DNA from: Paraspadella gotoi
Taxonomy: Eukaryota; Animalia; Chaetognatha
Assembly (NCBI GenBank): GCA_051294375.1
Contig: JBJCIZ010000239.1
Span: 5,594,993-5,658,992, forward strand
DNA: 64,000 bases
Direction: 5' to 3'
Position 1 is the stretch's first letter. Each line of letters opens with the position of its first letter. Under the pieces are notes generated by a model. That model was not told where the DNA came from. It saw only the letters and a program-made list of their open reading frames with translations, and searched no databases. Below, in pieces: positions 48,567-63,179 of this stretch. A program made the translations under genes and the position numbers.

Positions 48567-51500
48567 GAGAGGAGAGAGAGAAACAAGAGAGAAGGCGTTT
48601 CTTGTTCGATTGATAAAAAATTCATGAATGCAATCGAGAACAGTTGGTACGGAGAGAGAGAGAGAGAGCGAGTAGAGAGAGAGAGAAGAGAGAGAGAAGA
48701 GGAGGATGAGCAGCGGAGGCGAGAGAGAGAGAGGAGAGAGAGAGTGAGAGAAGAGAGGAGAGACGAGGAGAGGAGAGAGGAAAGAAGCGCCTGAGACGAA
48801 AAGGGGCTAATAATCAAGGAACGAAGTCTTAAGGACGTCGACGCTTTGTTTAAAAAATAGAAAGAGTGAGAGAAAATAGATAAGAGAGAGAGAAGAGAGT
48901 AGAGAGAGAGAGAGAAGAGACAGAGACAGCGACGATAAGTTAGCTGGCGAGTGACTGTGCGAGCGAGTGACGGATTAAGCGAGCTGGTGAACAAGTCAGT
49001 CGGTCTGTGAGTAAGTGGCTCCGCGAGTTGAGTTAATCACCGACATAGTGACACGGAACACTTTCACCGACTAGAAATGGGCAAAGAAAATTCCCTTAAT
49101 CATTTGATGGAGGAAAAAAAAAGAAGTTTCGTCCATTTATCACTCAGCAATTTGTCTTCGTTTCGGCTCTATTTTCCGAAAGCGCTCAATTACCGTTCCT
49201 AATACATTGTACTTGATTATAACGCTAATATTTAATTAATTAATTAATCTTTAAACTTGATCTTTTCCCTAACTTCAATCCTTAATTCAAAATCCTTAAT
49301 CCCTTTTATACACTATCTCTTAAGCATGAACCCTAAACCTTCACCCTAATCGTTAACCCTAAACTTTAACCAAAAAAGTTAACCAAATCTTTAACCATTA
49401 CGTAATCTCCAAACCATAATCCTTAACCTATTCTCCAACTTAATCCCTATTCCTCCCATCCCTTAACTTATTCTTTAAACATAATTCCGAATTAAAGCTG
49501 AAACTTTTAATCTCATTAATCTAAATTTTCATGATGTTAATCTATTAAAAGGTTTTTTATATATATTTTCTTCGAGAAAAAGAAAAAAAAAAGCACAATT
49601 AATCTTTGGATATTTAAACAATTAAATTAAATTAAACAAATTTAAACACTTTTCCCCCTGAGAAACAAAAATAAAATAAAAATCAAACCCCAAACAAAAC
49701 AAAAGAGCAAAACGATCGTGAATTTAAAAAAAACGTTCAATTAAATTTCAGGAAAATTAAATGCCCAAAAAGATCGATAATATTTTTCCAGAAAAAAAAT
49801 AATTTGTCAAAGATTTATAATCTTGAGTGCTTCAAGTGAAATGTCGAACGATTTTGCCCGAGTTAAAAAATATTTATTGTAACGATATTGCGATAGAAAA
49901 GATATAATATCGATATTATAAGTTGGTAGTTGTATTAAATGGTTTCCATTTAAGGAAAACTGCACTTGTACTACCCAACAAGTGTATCCTTATGTCAATG
50001 TGTTGCGCCTGCTCATGAGATGTCTATTTGAAAAAGGAGAATTTATTGTATAATTTCAAGGAATTAATTAAACAAAAAGCCTTTTCCAATTCCAAACAAA
50101 TGAGCAGCGATTTTAATTTGAATGCGAAGGTTTTCAATAAAGAAAAGAAAAAAAAATAATCAAAACCGCTCAAAAAAAATCTTTTTATGAACGAAATAAA
50201 ATGTTAAAAAAAGGATTAATAAAGAGAATTAATTAATTATTAATCATCGCGCGGCTTTGATAGTTGGAGCCTGAGAGATACGGAAGAATCCGTAATAAAA
50301 TCGGTAAAAAAAAAATTAATTTTATTCCAGGAAAATTCATTAAAGTTTATTTTTTTGTTTGGTCTCCTTTATTTTCTTTCTTTCTCTCTCTCGCATATTC
50401 AGCATAGTCGGCATAGTCAGCATAAGCTGCAATAACAAAAACTACATAGAAAAAATCATAAGGCACTGCAACCCAAACCTTCAACTTTAGCTTCAGGTGC
50501 AATAGGTTGGCGATCCTTTCCTCACGTTACCGCCTTTTCAAGTCGTTTGTCCGCCTGTTAGACTTTCGCCTGTCTCTTCTTCTTCGCCCGTCAAACCTTC
50601 GCCCTTTTAAAGGTTGGCACCCCGCCAGTCATTCCTCCTCTCGTTTCCACCACCCCCCCCCCTTCGACGCCCCCCTACCGTCGCAGGTGCCACGCGACGC
50701 GTTTTCCTCGGTCAACCGCGCGCGAAGATTAAGAGTCTCCAACGATCGTTCATATAAATCGAGAGCGCTTGGACGAGGCCCAAATATACTAGTATAGTAG
50801 GGCGGAGTGAATTGTTTCAAATTTCTTAAAGAATCAAAATTGGATCCATAAATTATGATAACTTGTACTATAATTTTATATAAAAAAGTTTTTAAATTTA
50901 TTTTATTTTTAATTTATGAGTCGTTATTTATTATGATAATGCTTACAATGAAATAAAACTAACAATTTAAAAATATTTTTTTAAATATTTTTAAAGCAAA
51001 ATTTTTTATTATCTTTTAAAAAAAATGTTTTATATCAACAGGATGTTTTTTGTTTTTCTATTTATATTTTTATAATATATGATAATATTGTTATATATTA
51101 TATAATAATATTTATATAATACAATCCAGTCGCTGACAGGAACCTTAGTCGCTAGCGTGGAGTTATCCACTCTAATAATCTCGCTGCATATTATATATTA
51201 TTCTTTTTACGCCAGAACTTTTCATTTTTAACGTTTAAACGCGGAGTGCCTTTTACAGTAATACATTTTTACTTTGTAATCTTACATTTTTTTAAATACA
51301 GACCGTCAGACAGACATACTGACAGACGGAAAAAAACGTCTTACAAAGTCGCAGGCGCGGTCGTGCCTAAAAATTATGGCGTCGTTGTGAAAATTAATGG
51401 AATCTTTTAATGGGCGGATCGCGGTTCGTGGGCAAGGTGTGGTGAATCAGGTGGTAAACAGTAAACAGTAAGCAGTAACTAAGCAGTAACCAAGCAGTAA

Positions 51501-52782
51501 CGAAAAATATTGCGTCATCGATTAATGTCCAGACAGTAAAGTCATTAACAATGTGGAAGACAAAAACAAAAGAGTTAAACTTAAAAGTTAAAATTAAAAG
51601 TTGAAATTAAACACGATTAATATGAGATGAAATAAAATTCACACGATGAAAAATAATTAAAAATGCCTTCTAGATAAAAATTTCAATGAAACACAAGCTT
51701 AGTTGTTTTAAATTTTAAAATTTTTAAATTTTTCAGTTCCCGAAAAAACTGGGGGTTTTTTTGCCAACGAATAAATACGGCCTTATTTTCGAAAAGTGCC
51801 CGAGTTCAGCTTAAATTCAGCATTAAATTAGGGATTAAATTATGTAGGTCGAGGTATTAAGGAACAGAAATGGGAAGCTTTCAAAAAATAGTACCAAAAA
51901 ATAATCTATAAAAAAAAAACGAAAATGCATCCAAGATAGAAAATAGCGAGCATCTGGTTAATGGGTGTGCGTCGGGAAAAAAATGTGAGGCGATTACCGG
52001 GAGAGACACGAAACGGTAGTCGGTACTGGACGAGAAAAAAAAAACCAGAAAGGTAATTCCATTGTGTCGCGCCGCTGTAACTCTCTTATTAATATTTTCC
52101 CCTATTTTTCTAGTTTTACTATCATCTCTTTTATCATTTCCAAGTGATTATGTTATTACAAATAAGCGCTAGACTCGCACTGGATTAAAATTTTGTTTTT
52201 TATTCTTTATGCCATCGCATATATTTTGTGTCCGGAAAAATAACAAAAGCTTAACCGAGGGAAAGGGTTAAAAACGTAATTGGGACTGACCATTAGACAG
52301 ACCGACCGTAAGGCCGACCGACCGACCGAATAGTGAGTTATTGAGTATCTCCGCAAATAAAAAAACCCGCTGCAAACGAGCGACTGATAATGAAAGAGAG
52401 ATGGGGTAAAAAAAGAGACGACTCATCATTAAAACGACGACAAAAAGTTCAATTTTGCTTTCGACTAGGAAACGGTTGTCGTCGTGGGTGGTTGTTGTCG
52501 TCGTCGTTGTTGCCCTTTTGTCTTTGGTCCGTCGGTCGTCGAAGTTGTGGTCGTTGTTGCGTCGTTGTTTGTCGTCGTCGTTATCGTCTTTGTCGTTATT
52601 GACAATGTTGGGCCTTTTATATTTCGTCGTCGAGTTTTATTTGGAGTGTTTGCTCTCGATCTCATGGTTGAGACGTTGCACATAAACGAAATCAAAGGAC
52701 GGAATCCGCTTGCAGAAACCCCACCATCGTTTTCCGAGGACTTGAATTTGGATTTGGTCCAAAGAAGTGAGCCGGAAGAGGC

Positions 52783-52842
<60 letters not shown>

Positions 52843-52980
52843 GAAGAGAGAGAGAAACAAAGAGAGAGGCGTTTCCTTGTTTCCGATTGATAAAAAATTC
52901 ATTTGATGCAATCGAGAACAGTTGGTACGAAGAGAGAGAGAAGACGAGCGAGCAGAAGGCGAGAGAAGAGAGAGAGAGAG

Positions 52981-53011
<31 letters not shown>

Positions 53012-53139
53012 TTAGAGAGAGAGGCGAGAGAGAGAAACAAAAAGAGAGAGGCGTTTTCCACTTGTTTCCGATTGATTAAAATTCATGATGCTAATCGAGA
53101 ACAGTTGGTAACGGAGAGAGAGAGAGAGAGCGGAGAGAG

Positions 53140-53173
<34 letters not shown>

Positions 53174-56100
53174 GAGAGGAGAGAGAGAGAGAGGAGAGAG
53201 AGAAACCAAGAGAGAAGGCGTTTTCTTGTTCCGATTGATAAAAATTCATGAATGCAAATCGAGAACAGTTGGTACGGAGAGAGAGAGAGAGAGCGAGAGA
53301 GAGCGAGAGAAGAGAGAGAGAAGAGGAGTGAGAGGGAGGAGAGAGAGAGAGAGTGAGAGAGAGAGTGAGAGAAGAGAGGAGAGAGAGAGAGAGGGAGAGA
53401 GGAAAGAAGCGCCTGAGACAAAAGGGGGCTAATAATCAAAGGAACGAAGTCTTAATGGACGTCGACGCTTCCTGTTTAAAAAATAAAGAAAGAGTGAGAG
53501 ATAGATAAGAGAGAGAGAAAGATAGAGAGAGAGAGAGAAGAGACAGAGACAGCGACGATAAGGTTAGCTGGCGAGTGACTGTGGCGAGCGAGTGACGGAT
53601 TAAGCGAGCTGGTGAAACAAGTCAGATCTGTGAAGTAAGTGGCTCCGCGAGTTGAGTTAATCCCGACATAGTGGACACGGAACAACTTTCCACAAGACTA
53701 GAAAATGGCAAAGAAAATTCCTTAATCATTTGATGGACGGAAAAAAAAAGAAGTTTCGTCCATTTATCACTTAGTGCAATTTGTTCTCTCGTTTCGGCTC
53801 TCTATTTTCCTGAAAGCGCTCAATTACCGTTCCTAATACATTGTACTTGAATTATAACCTAATATTTAATTAATTAATTAATCTTTAAACTTGATCTTTC
53901 CCTAACTTCAATCCTTAATTCAAAATCCTTAATCCTTTTATACACATCTCTTTAAGCATGACCGCTAAAACCTTCACCACTAATCGTTAACCCTAAACTT
54001 TAAACCAAAAGTTAACAAATCTTAAAACCATTACGTATCTCCAACCATATCCTTAACACTATTCTCCACTTAATCCCTATTCCTCCCATCCCTTAACTTA
54101 TTCTTTAACATAATTCGCGAATTAGCTGAAACTTTTAAATCTCATTAATCTAAATTTTCATGATGTTAATCTATTAAAAGGTTTTTTATATTATTTTTCT
54201 TCGAGAAAAAGAAAAATAAAAAAGCACAATTAATCTTTGATATTTAAAACAATTAAATTAAATTAAACAAATTTTAAACACTTTCCCCCTGAGAAACAAA
54301 AATAAAATAATCAAACCCAAACAAAAACAAAAGAGCAAAACGATCGTGAATTTTAAAAAAAAAACGTTCAATTAAATTTCAGGAAAATTAGAATGCCCAA
54401 AAAGACTCGATAATTATTTTCCAGAAAAAAAAATAATTTTGTCAAAAGATTTATAATCTTGATGCTTCAAGTGAAATGTCGAACGAATTTTTGCCCGAGT
54501 TAAAAAATATTTATGTAAACGATATTGCGAATAGGAAAAGATATAATATCGATATTATAAGTTGGTAGTTGTATTAATGGTTTCCATTTAAGGAAAATGC
54601 AATGCAGCGTTGTACTACCCAACAAGTGTATCCTTATGTCAATGTGTTTGCGCCTGCTCCTAGAGATGTCTATTTGAAAATGGAGAATTTATTGTATAAT
54701 TCGAAGGAATTAATTAAACAAAAAGCCTTTTCCAATTCCACCAAACAAATGAGCAGCGATTTTAATTTGAAATGCGAAGGTTTTTTCATAAAGAAAAGAA
54801 AAAAAAATAATCAAAAACCGCTCAAAAAATCTTTTTATGAACGAAAATAAAAATGTTTAAAAAAAAGATTAATAAAGAGAATTAAATTAATTATTAATCA
54901 TCGCGCGGCTTTGATAGTTGGAGCTGAGAGATACGGAAGAAAATCCGTAAATAAGATCGGTAAAAAAAAAAAATTAATTTTAATTCCAGGAAAATTCATT
55001 AAAGTTTAATTTTTTTGTTTGGTCTCCTTTATTTTCTTTTCTTTCTCTCGTCTCGCATTATTCCAGCATTAGTCGGCATAGTCCATTAAGGCTGCAATAA
55101 CAAAACACTAGCATAGAAAAAAATCATAAGGCACTGGCAAACCAAAACCTTCAACTTAGCTTCAGGTGCAATAGGTTGGCGATGCCTTTCCTCACGGTTA
55201 ACTATGCCCTTTTCAAGTCGTTTTGTCGTCTCTGTTAGGCTTTCGCACTTGTCTCTTTCTTCTTTTCGCCCGTCCCATCGCCTCTTTTAAAGGTTGGCAC
55301 CTGCTGCGCCGTCATTCTCCTCTTCGTTTCACCCTCCCCCTTCGACGCCCCCCTACCGTCGCAGTTGCCACGCGACGCGTTTTCCTCGGTCAAACCGCGC
55401 GCGAAAGAATTAAGAAGTCTCCAACGATCGTTCATATAAATCTGAGAGCGCTTGGACGAGGCCCAAATAATACTAGTATAGTAGGGCGGAGTGAATTGTT
55501 TCAAATTTCTTAAGAAATCAAAATTGGATCCATAAATTATGATAACTTGTACTATAATTTTATATAAAAAAAAGTTTTTAAATTATTTTTATTTTTAATT
55601 TTATGAGTCGGTTTTTAAATAATGCTTACATGAATAAAACTAACAATTTAAAATTTTTTTTAAATATTTTTAAGCAAATTTTTTATTATCTTTTAAAAAA
55701 AATGTTTTATATCAACGGATGTTTTTTGTTTTTTATTTATATTTTTATAATATATGATAATATTGTTATATATTATATAATAATATTTATATAATACAAT
55801 CCAGTCGCTGACAGGAACTTAGTCGCTAGCGTGAGTATCCACTCTAATAATCTCGCTGCATATTATATATTATTCTTTTTACGCCAGAACTTTTCATTTT
55901 TAACGTTTAAACGCGGAGTGCCTTTTACAGTAATACATTTTTACTTTGTAATCTTACATTTTTTAAATACGATACCGTCAGACAGACATACGACAGACGG
56001 AAAAAAACGTCTTACAAAGTCGCATCGCGGCGTGCTAAAAATTATGCTCGTTGGAAAATTAATGGAATCTTTTAATGGCGGATCGCGGTTCGTGGGCAAG

Positions 56101-57027
56101 GTGTGGTGAATCAGGTGGTAAACAGTTAAACAGTAAGCAGTAACTAAGCAGTAACCAAGCAGTAACGAAAAATATTGGCGTCATCGATAATGTCCAGACA
56201 GTAAAGTCATTAAAATGGGAAGACAAAAACAAAAAGTTAAACTTAAAAGTTAAAATTAAAAGTTGAAATAAACACGATTAATATGAGATTGAAATAAAAA
56301 TTCACACGATGAAAAATAATAAAAATGCGCTTCTAGATAAAAATTTCAATGAACACAGCTTAGTTGTTTTAAATTTTTAAAATTTTTAAATTTTCAGTTC
56401 CCGAAAAAAACTGGGGGTTTTTTGCCAACGAATAATACGGCCTATTTTCGAAAAGTGCCCGAGTTCAGCTTAAATTCAGCATTAAATTAGGGATTAAATT
56501 ATGTAGGTCGAGGTATTAAGGAACAGAAATGGGGAAGCTTTCAAAAAAATAGTACAAAAAAATAATCTATAAAAAAAACGAAAATGCATCCAAGATAGAA
56601 AATAAGCGAGCATCTGGTTAATGGGTGTGCGTCGGGAAAAAATGTGAGGCGATTACCGGAGAGACACGAAACGGTAGTCGGTACTGGACGAGAAAAAAAA
56701 AAACCAGAAAGGTAATTCCATTGTGTCGCGCCGCTGTAACTCTCTTATTAATATTTTCCCCTATTTTCTAGTTTTACTATCATCTTTTATCAATTTCCAA
56801 GTGATTATGTTATTACAAATAAGCGCTAGACTCGCACTGGATTAAAATTTGTTTTTTATTCTTTATGCCATCGCATATATTTTGTGTCCCGGAAAAATAA
56901 CAAAAGCTTAACCTGAGGAAAGGGTTAAAAACGTAATTGGGACTGACCATTAGACAGATCGACCGTAAGGCGACGACCGACCGAATAGTGAGTTATTGAG
57001 TATCTCCGCAAATAAAAAAACCCGCTG
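47778..57027. repeat. ~4.6-kb tandem direct duplication (47778-52372 and 52400-57027)
   Basis: Both units start gatggggtaaaaaaa..gagacgactcatc and end aaaaacccgctg; differences are mostly 1-nt indels. Confidence 0.9.
51300..51372 (+). mobile_element. Helentron/DINE-1-like non-autonomous element end (similar ends at 52295-52365, 60118-60155 and in the duplicate unit)
   Basis: (GACA/GACC)n microsatellite followed by a short tta.a.agtcgc..GC-rich..ctaaaaa terminus. Confidence 0.45.
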
Positions 57028-58249
57028 GTCTTGAACGAGATTGAGAACAATGCGTGGATGGAGGGATAATGCGATGTGGGAAGACAATTGCTGGTTTGGG
57101 GGGGCGGGGGGGAGAATATGCGGCAGTTAGAGAGAAGACAGAGAGAAGAGAGAGAGAAGAGAGAAGAGAGAGAGAGAGAAAAGAGGAGAGGGGGAGGAGA
57201 GAAAGGAAGAGAGAAAGAGAAAGAGAGAGAGGAGAAAGAGANNNNNNNNNNNNNNNNNNNNNNNNNGTCTGAACGAGATGAGAACAACTGCGTGGATGGA
57301 GGGATTAATGCCAAAAATAATCATTGTTGCTTTTCAAGAAGAATTATGAAAATGACATAAATGATTAGGAACAACTACTACAACGAGACTGTGGAAGATA
57401 GGAACTTTATCTGACTGTACATGGTGACGTTATATTTCTTTAGCACCTGGTTAATCCTAATAATCCTCATCAATAGTTTTTTGATTTAATAGAAATCTTA
57501 AATGGATAACAATTGAATGAAACTTGTCAGCCAAAACACCATTCGCTGGGAAAAACAACTTAAAAATTTATATTTATTTGATCCAACACTAATTTTGATA
57601 GAATTTAAGGAGGAAAGATTTTGAATCGTTGATGGTCCATTAAGGTTAATAAATGGAAGCTTTCAGATTTTAATCATTGTCCTGATTGTCCCATAACAGT
57701 TCTGTTTCTGAACTGCTTGTATTGTGGCATCATAGTTGTCATAATCGTCTCTTTTACTACTAAGTATAAAAAAATCTAAAAAATGTGCAATTGCTATTTC
57801 AATAACAAAAAATTAGGAGGTGTCCTTGGTTGGACATGATAGAGCGCCAATCCTCATGGCATATATAGAACAACCCAAACAATATTGCTAAAGCCCCAGT
57901 ATGGACTTGCTTTCCCATGCCGGACGATGCCAGCAACAGAGATAAGGGAGCTTGATTTATTAAAACTGATGATCAGTACAGTGACAAATCAAAACTATTG
58001 AAAGGAATAACCAGGACTGCAAAAGAATATAACCATCACCAAGAAATATGTCAGAAAAGATCCCTATCTCCCACAGTTTGATTGTAGTAGTTGTTCCTGT
58101 ATTATGTCCATTTTCATTTTTCTTTCCTTTTAAAAGCAAATAATTATTATTTTTTGGACAATCTCCTGGAAAAGCGAAAGAGAAACAAGACATTCTTGCT
58201 ACAGGTGACATATATCTTCCTTGTCATTTTTCCTCCTGTCTTATTTTGC

Positions 58250-59700
58250 ATCACCTTTCTTTAACCAATTTTCCCCAACACATAAAATTGTTCTCACAAT
58301 CTCCACAAAGAATAGTCGCCACAAGGTCATTGCGGCGATGTCCTTGCTGTTTGCGGCAAGGCAAATAGTTTCTCTGCCACTTCATCGATGATTCTTTGGC
58401 AAAATCCAGTTTCCTTGTTTTCGCAGACTTCTCTGGAATTGATGCGCCAGACAATACCAGTAAATTCGATTCTTTGAATTGCTTGAAAGTGTTGACGGGG
58501 CAAGTGATTTTTTTTTCTTAACATAATTTTTATTTTAACATAATTCTCTATAGCTCAGAATAAATCACAATAGTCGCCGTGAGTCATCTTTTCCTTTGAG
58601 CAGTGAAAATTCACCAACTTCCTTTTCTCCTTTTTGTCAAGAACAAGTTTTTCGAATGGGGTTTACGGGTTCGCCATTTGACTCCGGCAATCCTTTCCAC
58701 GGGATGTCCTGACGATTCTTCTCTTGTTTACAAGCGACCAGAATTTCAGAAACAGTTTTCAAGATTCTCCATTCTTATTGAAAATGCCAAGGAGTGAGTT
58801 TTTAAAATATCTATTATGACGATTTATGAGAATGATGATGCTGGAACATTATGAAAGCGTTGCGAAACGAAAATGGACTCCAGTCAAATCAATCAATCAA
58901 TTTACCCAACGCCCAACTTTGTTCCTGGGTTTAGAAAGAACGGAGTCTTCATTGCCTGTCACCAGTCCCGCACCTCGCCAACGTTTTAATGAAATTTCGG
59001 CAAACTGATATGTGAACATATGTGAACATCGTGGAAACAAACTGAAAACAACAGAACTGTCGTAGTAATTGCCTCACCAATGTCAGCTTTTGGCGGGAAC
59101 GTATTGTCACAAGCTGATCCAAGCAAAAGACACTTTTCTAAGCACGTTCCGAGGAGCTGGGCAGGGGCGAGCAACGAAGCACCATCATCTTCACGGGGAG
59201 AGAAAATCTCACCCATCTTTCGCATACAAAACACCTCCTTCAAAACCAACTATTTGGGCTGCTTTTGTCAAGGGTTGCCCGCTTCAAATCGGCAGAATTT
59301 TCGACAACCATACTGCATGCAGCCCACAAGTAGGAGGCTGGGCGATTGTAAAGAATGCTTTGGAAGGAGACCGTAGGTTTTTTGATGAGAAACTCAAAAC
59401 AAATCAAAAATTTAAGTTTTAAAGAAGCTCCGACAATTTTGTCAATGAAGTAGAATTTTGAGAATATCTAACTTTTTTTTGTGGGGAATCCAAATTGATA
59501 TTATGTGTATATGCATGAATAAAAAGTTACTATTTTTGGTTGATCACACTTTTCACTATCTGTCTGTAACCTTTATTGCCCTGTTCCAATGTATATAATT
59601 ACTATAATATATGACTGGAACATCTGATTATTGGATCCCTTTCTGCCATGACTCTTCAAAGTAGTTTATTGTAATTTTCTTCGATGAGAAGGTTTTTTTC
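58250..59700 (-). pseudogene. piggyBac (PGBD4-like) transposase remnant, heavily frameshifted
   Basis: Ordered minus-strand motifs read across frameshifts: K.AKYG.K (~59270), NYY.S (~59065), CGT (~58970), NKNGE..K (~58775), QMA..PIRKT (~58660), HLP (~58500), C-terminal C...TILCGDCENNFMC. Confidence 0.7.
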
Positions 59701-62700
59701 TTTTAATTTTTGAGGTTGACACTCAACCCTTGTTAAAAAAGTACAATTTACTTACTAGAAAAAATGTTTAAATATGCTAATTTTTTCTCCTGTTTTAATA
59801 GATTTTATATATATTGTCATCTTCAGTAGGATAAACCTGGCGAACTTAATTTTTTTTGCCCTGAATCATGTGAAGGTATTTTATTCTCAGAGCCCTGTTT
59901 TATGAATTTCAAAGTTTCCAATTTCTTGGGCTCAAATTGTGCCGCCCGTCTGAAATTCGTTCCAAATTTGTTCTGGAAACTGAACTTTGTGATTTAAAAG
60001 TAATTTGTAAATATTTCCCCAAAACTGATACCCTTTACATTGCGCTATTAAACATAAAGAAAAAAAATATTTTTAATTAATTTATTAACGATTCGAAAAT
60101 TCAGTCATTGCAATGAAAAAGTGACTTATAGAGTTGCTCCTGCGCAGTACTAAAAATAGAACATCAGTGAAACAACCAGTAAAATTTTGCCAACTCTTCA
60201 GTAGAATTAAGAGAAAGCTGAGAAAGAAAGAGAGAGGGATAGAAAATGGTAAGAATAAAAAAAAAAGAAAGAAAGGAAAGAAAGATAGAAAGAAAGAGTG
60301 AAAAAGAGAGAAAAAGAAAGAAAGAAATAAAGAAAAAAGGAAAAAAAAATTAAAGAAAATAAAGAAAGAAAATAACAAAGGGAAAAAACCAAAGAGGGAA
60401 AAGAAATAAAGAAGAAAGAATGCACGTGTGACGCCTAGTCCATGCATGGCGAGGGAAAGAAATAAAGAAATAAGAGAGAAGAACAAGAAACAGTTCGTAC
60501 CGCGAACACGGCAGTTGACAAGATCATAGGGGAATCGACACTTTTACTTTTCACCGAAAAAAAAAAACCTAAAAAATTAATAATCACATCAAAAAGTCTT
60601 GCGGATTTGCCTTGCCATTAGAAAAAAAAAAACGAGGGTAAGAGAGAAGAACAAGAAGTAAGTGTTGCGAGGTCAAGGGGAAAGTAAGCTGATACTGGCG
60701 ACGAAAAGGCAATAAGTATAAAAGTTGAGAGCTATTTTGTGAAAGCGATGTCCTCCCACGCTGAACTCATTTTATCACATTATTTATTTATACTTTTTAT
60801 AAAAGATTTTATTAAATATATTTCAATTAAAATGTCAAAGAAATCTGGCATCAAGAGACGTTTACCCATGTTTCACAATAAAGGTCAAGAAAATTTGGAT
60901 TTTCCTCCTCTTTTCAAAATTTTAATTACAAATTTACAAATATAATGTCGGCAAATCTCCAAAATGACTTCTTGTATTATTTCTAGCTTTCTTTAATGTG
61001 ATCTGTCTAATAAAAAATATGGACAGTAGTACAGTTATAAAATATTATCGTTTAAAATTTCAAGTCTCATCTCGCTCAAATTCGGTCAGCGTCGTATATG
61101 TGAACAATAAAAAGGCAATTAAAACTAATTTATAATAAATAACGATAAACTTAATAATCTTCTTCATAATAATCTATTTGTTTCATAACAAAAAAAAAAA
61201 CAAAATTTAAAATTCAGCGGCCCCAAATTCTTCGTCTTTCCTGGAAAACAAAAGGATCATCACATCGGAAAATTTCGCTTCGATCTTCTCGGTCGACGTC
61301 GCGGTCCGGCGTGCGGCGGCCCCCCCCGCCTCCCTTTTCCTATTTTCTCTCGCGTTTCTGTCCTTCACGTTCCCATCCTGTCCGACGTCCGTGGCATATA
61401 CAACGGACCCGGGGCGCCCGCGGCGGAAAAAACCCGGCGGCTCTTCTCGCATCTTCGCTCCGTCAAAAGCCAAACCCGGTAGCTTTACCCGGTTTTTAAA
61501 AGAAACACGACATACATAGGTTTAAGTCTGAGAAAAAAAGAGAAACAGGACTTCTATTCTGTTAATGTCAGTTAATGTTAATAACAATGTCCTCAGTGGT
61601 TACGTCCGGGGTTATTGTGTCTTTGTCACCGCCTCGGCATTCTCCTCCTCCTCTTTCCTTCCTTCTCCTTCTCTCTCTCTCTCAGTGGTGATATGTGAAT
61701 GTGATATCTGTCCTTCAGAGTCATGGTCAATGTTTCATATCCTTTCGTCGACGATACGATATCAACAACGTACAACAACGACACAAAACACAGGATGTAA
61801 AAATGAAGAATTGGGGGGGGGGGCCGATGAGGAGACAGTGGAGTCATACGTAAAACTGTTTGAGGAAAGAGCAAGCATTCTCTAAAAGTCTTTTTTAAAA
61901 ATGTTATCGCCCTTGTTATCTTAGTTAAAGCCACTTAAGGGCATTTATTGTTTGAATGGGTTCACTATTTTTCATAGGTCCTCTCTCTCTCTCTCTCTCT
62001 TTTGTCTTTTTTTAAACTGAGAAGACAGCACTTATACAGTGGAATATTATAACCCCCCCCCAAAAAAAAGATCAAGAATTCTTTGTCAAGAAATGGACTG
62101 AAAAACCGGGGACCGCTTTGGCGCCATTAAAGTTATATAAGTTTCTTATCCGACTTGGAAGTCTCGATATTTAATGGGTACCTTAATAAAATATCAAAGC
62201 ATTTCATAGATATTCATAAAATACATATCAATGAAATATAAACTAATTAATAAAAGAAGCAATAGTAAATGATAATAAACAAATCCACAAAGAATCACTA
62301 AGCGCCATTGAAGCCGTCCACAAACGTTATATTAGAGAAGCAGTCCCGTTTCCAGAGCAGAAATCTGGAATATGACCGCCAAAGAAGGCAGAGAAAGAGA
62401 ACAAACGTCGATATCTCCTATTATTAAAAGAGGCATCTGAGTTGTGTAGATATTCGTCTGGACTTTACATTACTGGCGACTTGTACTTTCATTTTTAAGA
62501 AAAAAAATAACATTTTTAAATGATTAGTTTTTTATATAATCATGTTGTACTATCATACCGTTAATTATCGTACTATTTGTATCCATTACAGATTTCGATT
62601 CCGACGTTGTTTTCCATGAGGAAGTTGCCTTTCCAAAATCGAGTCCATTGCGGGAATAACCTCAATCGCCTTCTTTTTGAAAAAGTTTAAAGGTTAAGCC

Positions 62701-63179
62701 TCTTTTTAGATTGCACTTCGTTGCAATGGTAAACCGAGTTCTGTTTTTTTTTTTTTTTTTTTTTTCTCCCTCGTTTTCAGACGAAAAAATCGACGAGGAG
62801 CCTTGCCAGAAAAGGATCGCCGCGTTTCGAAACCGTTGAAATTCCATTGATGTTTACCAATTGGACGGGCGATTGCCCGACTTTGTGAGCGATTCGGGTT
62901 GAGTTTCAAAACGATTATTAATCAACTTTTTTTAAAAATATTGTTATTTATTGTTTTATTGTCCGCTTATTGTTTCGCAAAAAAAAAAAAAAGCTTATGG
63001 TGTTAGAGATTAGCGGGATAAGAATTATGTATTAAATAAGTTAAGAACTTATTCATGTAAACATTAAGGTAAAATTAAAACAAATTCCGCCCCATCTCTC
63101 GTCCAGAAGATGCTCCGACCAATCTCGCCCCATTCGAGGAGCCTTTCCCCGAAATCGTTCAACTATCTCCATGAAACTT

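Noticed and set aside
50459-50510. miR-124-like TAAGGCAC
   Set aside because: Only the seed matches; the rest of the mature sequence and a proper hairpin are missing
52854-53278. CRISPR array
   Set aside because: Repeats are ~75 bp, spacers are GA microsatellite, there are no cas genes and the context is eukaryotic
58600-59400. Plus-strand transposase reading (YKRP etc.)
   Set aside because: The minus strand gives a longer, correctly ordered series of piggyBac motifs
61330-61440. Telomerase-RNA-like pseudoknot
   Set aside because: No CTAACCCT template nearby
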